Assembly (NCBI GenBank): GCA_963695545.1
Contig: OY968796.1
Span: forward strand, 704,001-768,000
Source of the DNA: Terriglobia bacterium
Lineage (GTDB): Bacteria > Acidobacteriota > Terriglobia > Acidiferrales > UBA7541
Direction of reading: 5' to 3'
DNA length: 64,000 nt
The notes beneath the pieces were generated by a model that saw only the letters and a program-made list of their open reading frames with translations, made no database searches and was not told the DNA's origin. Both the position numbers and the translations under genes were made by a program. Positions 63,417 through 64,000 of the stretch are shown in pieces; the first letter of the stretch is position 1; each line of letters begins with the position of its first letter.

Positions 63417-64000
63417 ATGAAAATTCGCAGCAGTTCTGTTTTGAGTGGCGTGGCGCTCGCCGCGTTGCTTGCGGCTTGCGTACCGAGCGGCCTTCGAGCC
63501 CAGCAGCAACCGGCTCCCGCGCCGCAGCCGGCGCCCATGCGTGGCGCCCCAGATTTCCCCGTGCAAACCGTGCAGATCGATGACAGTCCCGGATGGCTCG
63601 GCGTGGCCATCGAAGAAGTGAGCGCCGACAAAGCCAAAGAACTGAAACTGCCGAGCGATCACGGCGTGCTGCTGACCGACGTCGACCAGGAGTCGCCCGC
63701 GACGAAAGCAGGATTAAAATCCGGCGACGTGGTGACTGAATACGACGGCCAGCGCGTCGAAGGAACGATGGCGTTTCGGCGGATGGTGCGCGAAACGCCG
63801 CCGGGCAGATCCATCGCGATTGGCTACTGGCGAGACGGACGCGCCGGCAGCGTCAATGTCGAACTGGGCAGCCTGGCTAGCGAGATGCAGGATCATGCGC
63901 GGCAGATGCAAGACCGCGCCGACGAAATGGCTCAGCGCGCTCAACAGCAGGTTGAGCAAGAAATGGCGCAGCATCCTATGGTTTTCAATTTCCCAGATAA
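63417..64000 (+). CDS. Secreted PDZ-domain protein (partial, runs off the window)
   Basis: Manual translation MKIRSSSVLSGVALAALL...GWLGVAIEEVSADKAKELKL...GVLLTDVDQESPATKAGLKSGDVV; GAGGAGG RBS; no protease domain before the PDZ. Confidence 0.85.
   Translation, partial: MKIRSSSVLSGVALAALLAACVPSGLRAQQQPAPAPQPAPMRGAPDFPVQTVQIDDSPGWLGVAIEEVSADKAKELKLPSDHGVLLTDVDQESPATKAGLKSGDVVTEYDGQRVEGTMAFRRMVRETPPGRSIAIGYWRDGRAGSVNVELGSLASEMQDHARQMQDRADEMAQRAQQQVEQEMAQHPMVFNFPD

Overview
64 kb of GC-rich bacterial chromosome. Gene style and content (DUF4097/zf-HC2 ECF locus, ACIII operon, many TonB-C proteins) suggest Acidobacteriota; this taxonomic call is an inference. It is mostly housekeeping, with no tRNA, rRNA, CRISPR array, transposase or integrase seen. 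Main blocks: (i) a partial sensor kinase, an orphan strong promoter and a structured AT-rich element (1-1150); (ii) metallophosphoesterase, a secreted hypothetical protein and YceI; (iii) a hybrid histidine kinase-outer-membrane beta-barrel-cupredoxin operon; (iv) PBP1A, DUF1800/DUF1501 and tandem DsbA-like paralogues with a MauE/DoxX partner; (v) dnaK-hypothetical-dnaJ-hspR with a HAIR operator on the promoter and no grpE; (vi) a Tat-exported glycoside hydrolase and a stand-alone DnaC/IstB-like ATPase; (vii) a complete alternative complex III (actA-F, G-like), SCO and A2-type caa3 oxidase operon; (viii) rpsA, ihfB, HIT, acyl-CoA dehydrogenase, a degenerate UvrC-like gene, AKR, hydrolases, PilZ, TonB, rsmD and recG; (ix) an internally duplicated giant CPBP protease, an APC permease and an ECF sigma-ZAS/HEAT anti-sigma-DUF4097/TonB-DUF4097-PDZ operon. 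The most intriguing non-obvious signals are an exact 21-bp sequence repeated 52.6 kb apart at about the same distance from two apparently leaderless TGnTATAAG promoters, TTTCCACA boxes ahead of replication/repair genes, and a consensus sigma70 promoter driving a ~420-nt structured region with no obvious gene. All functional calls come from motif recognition by eye; no searches were run.
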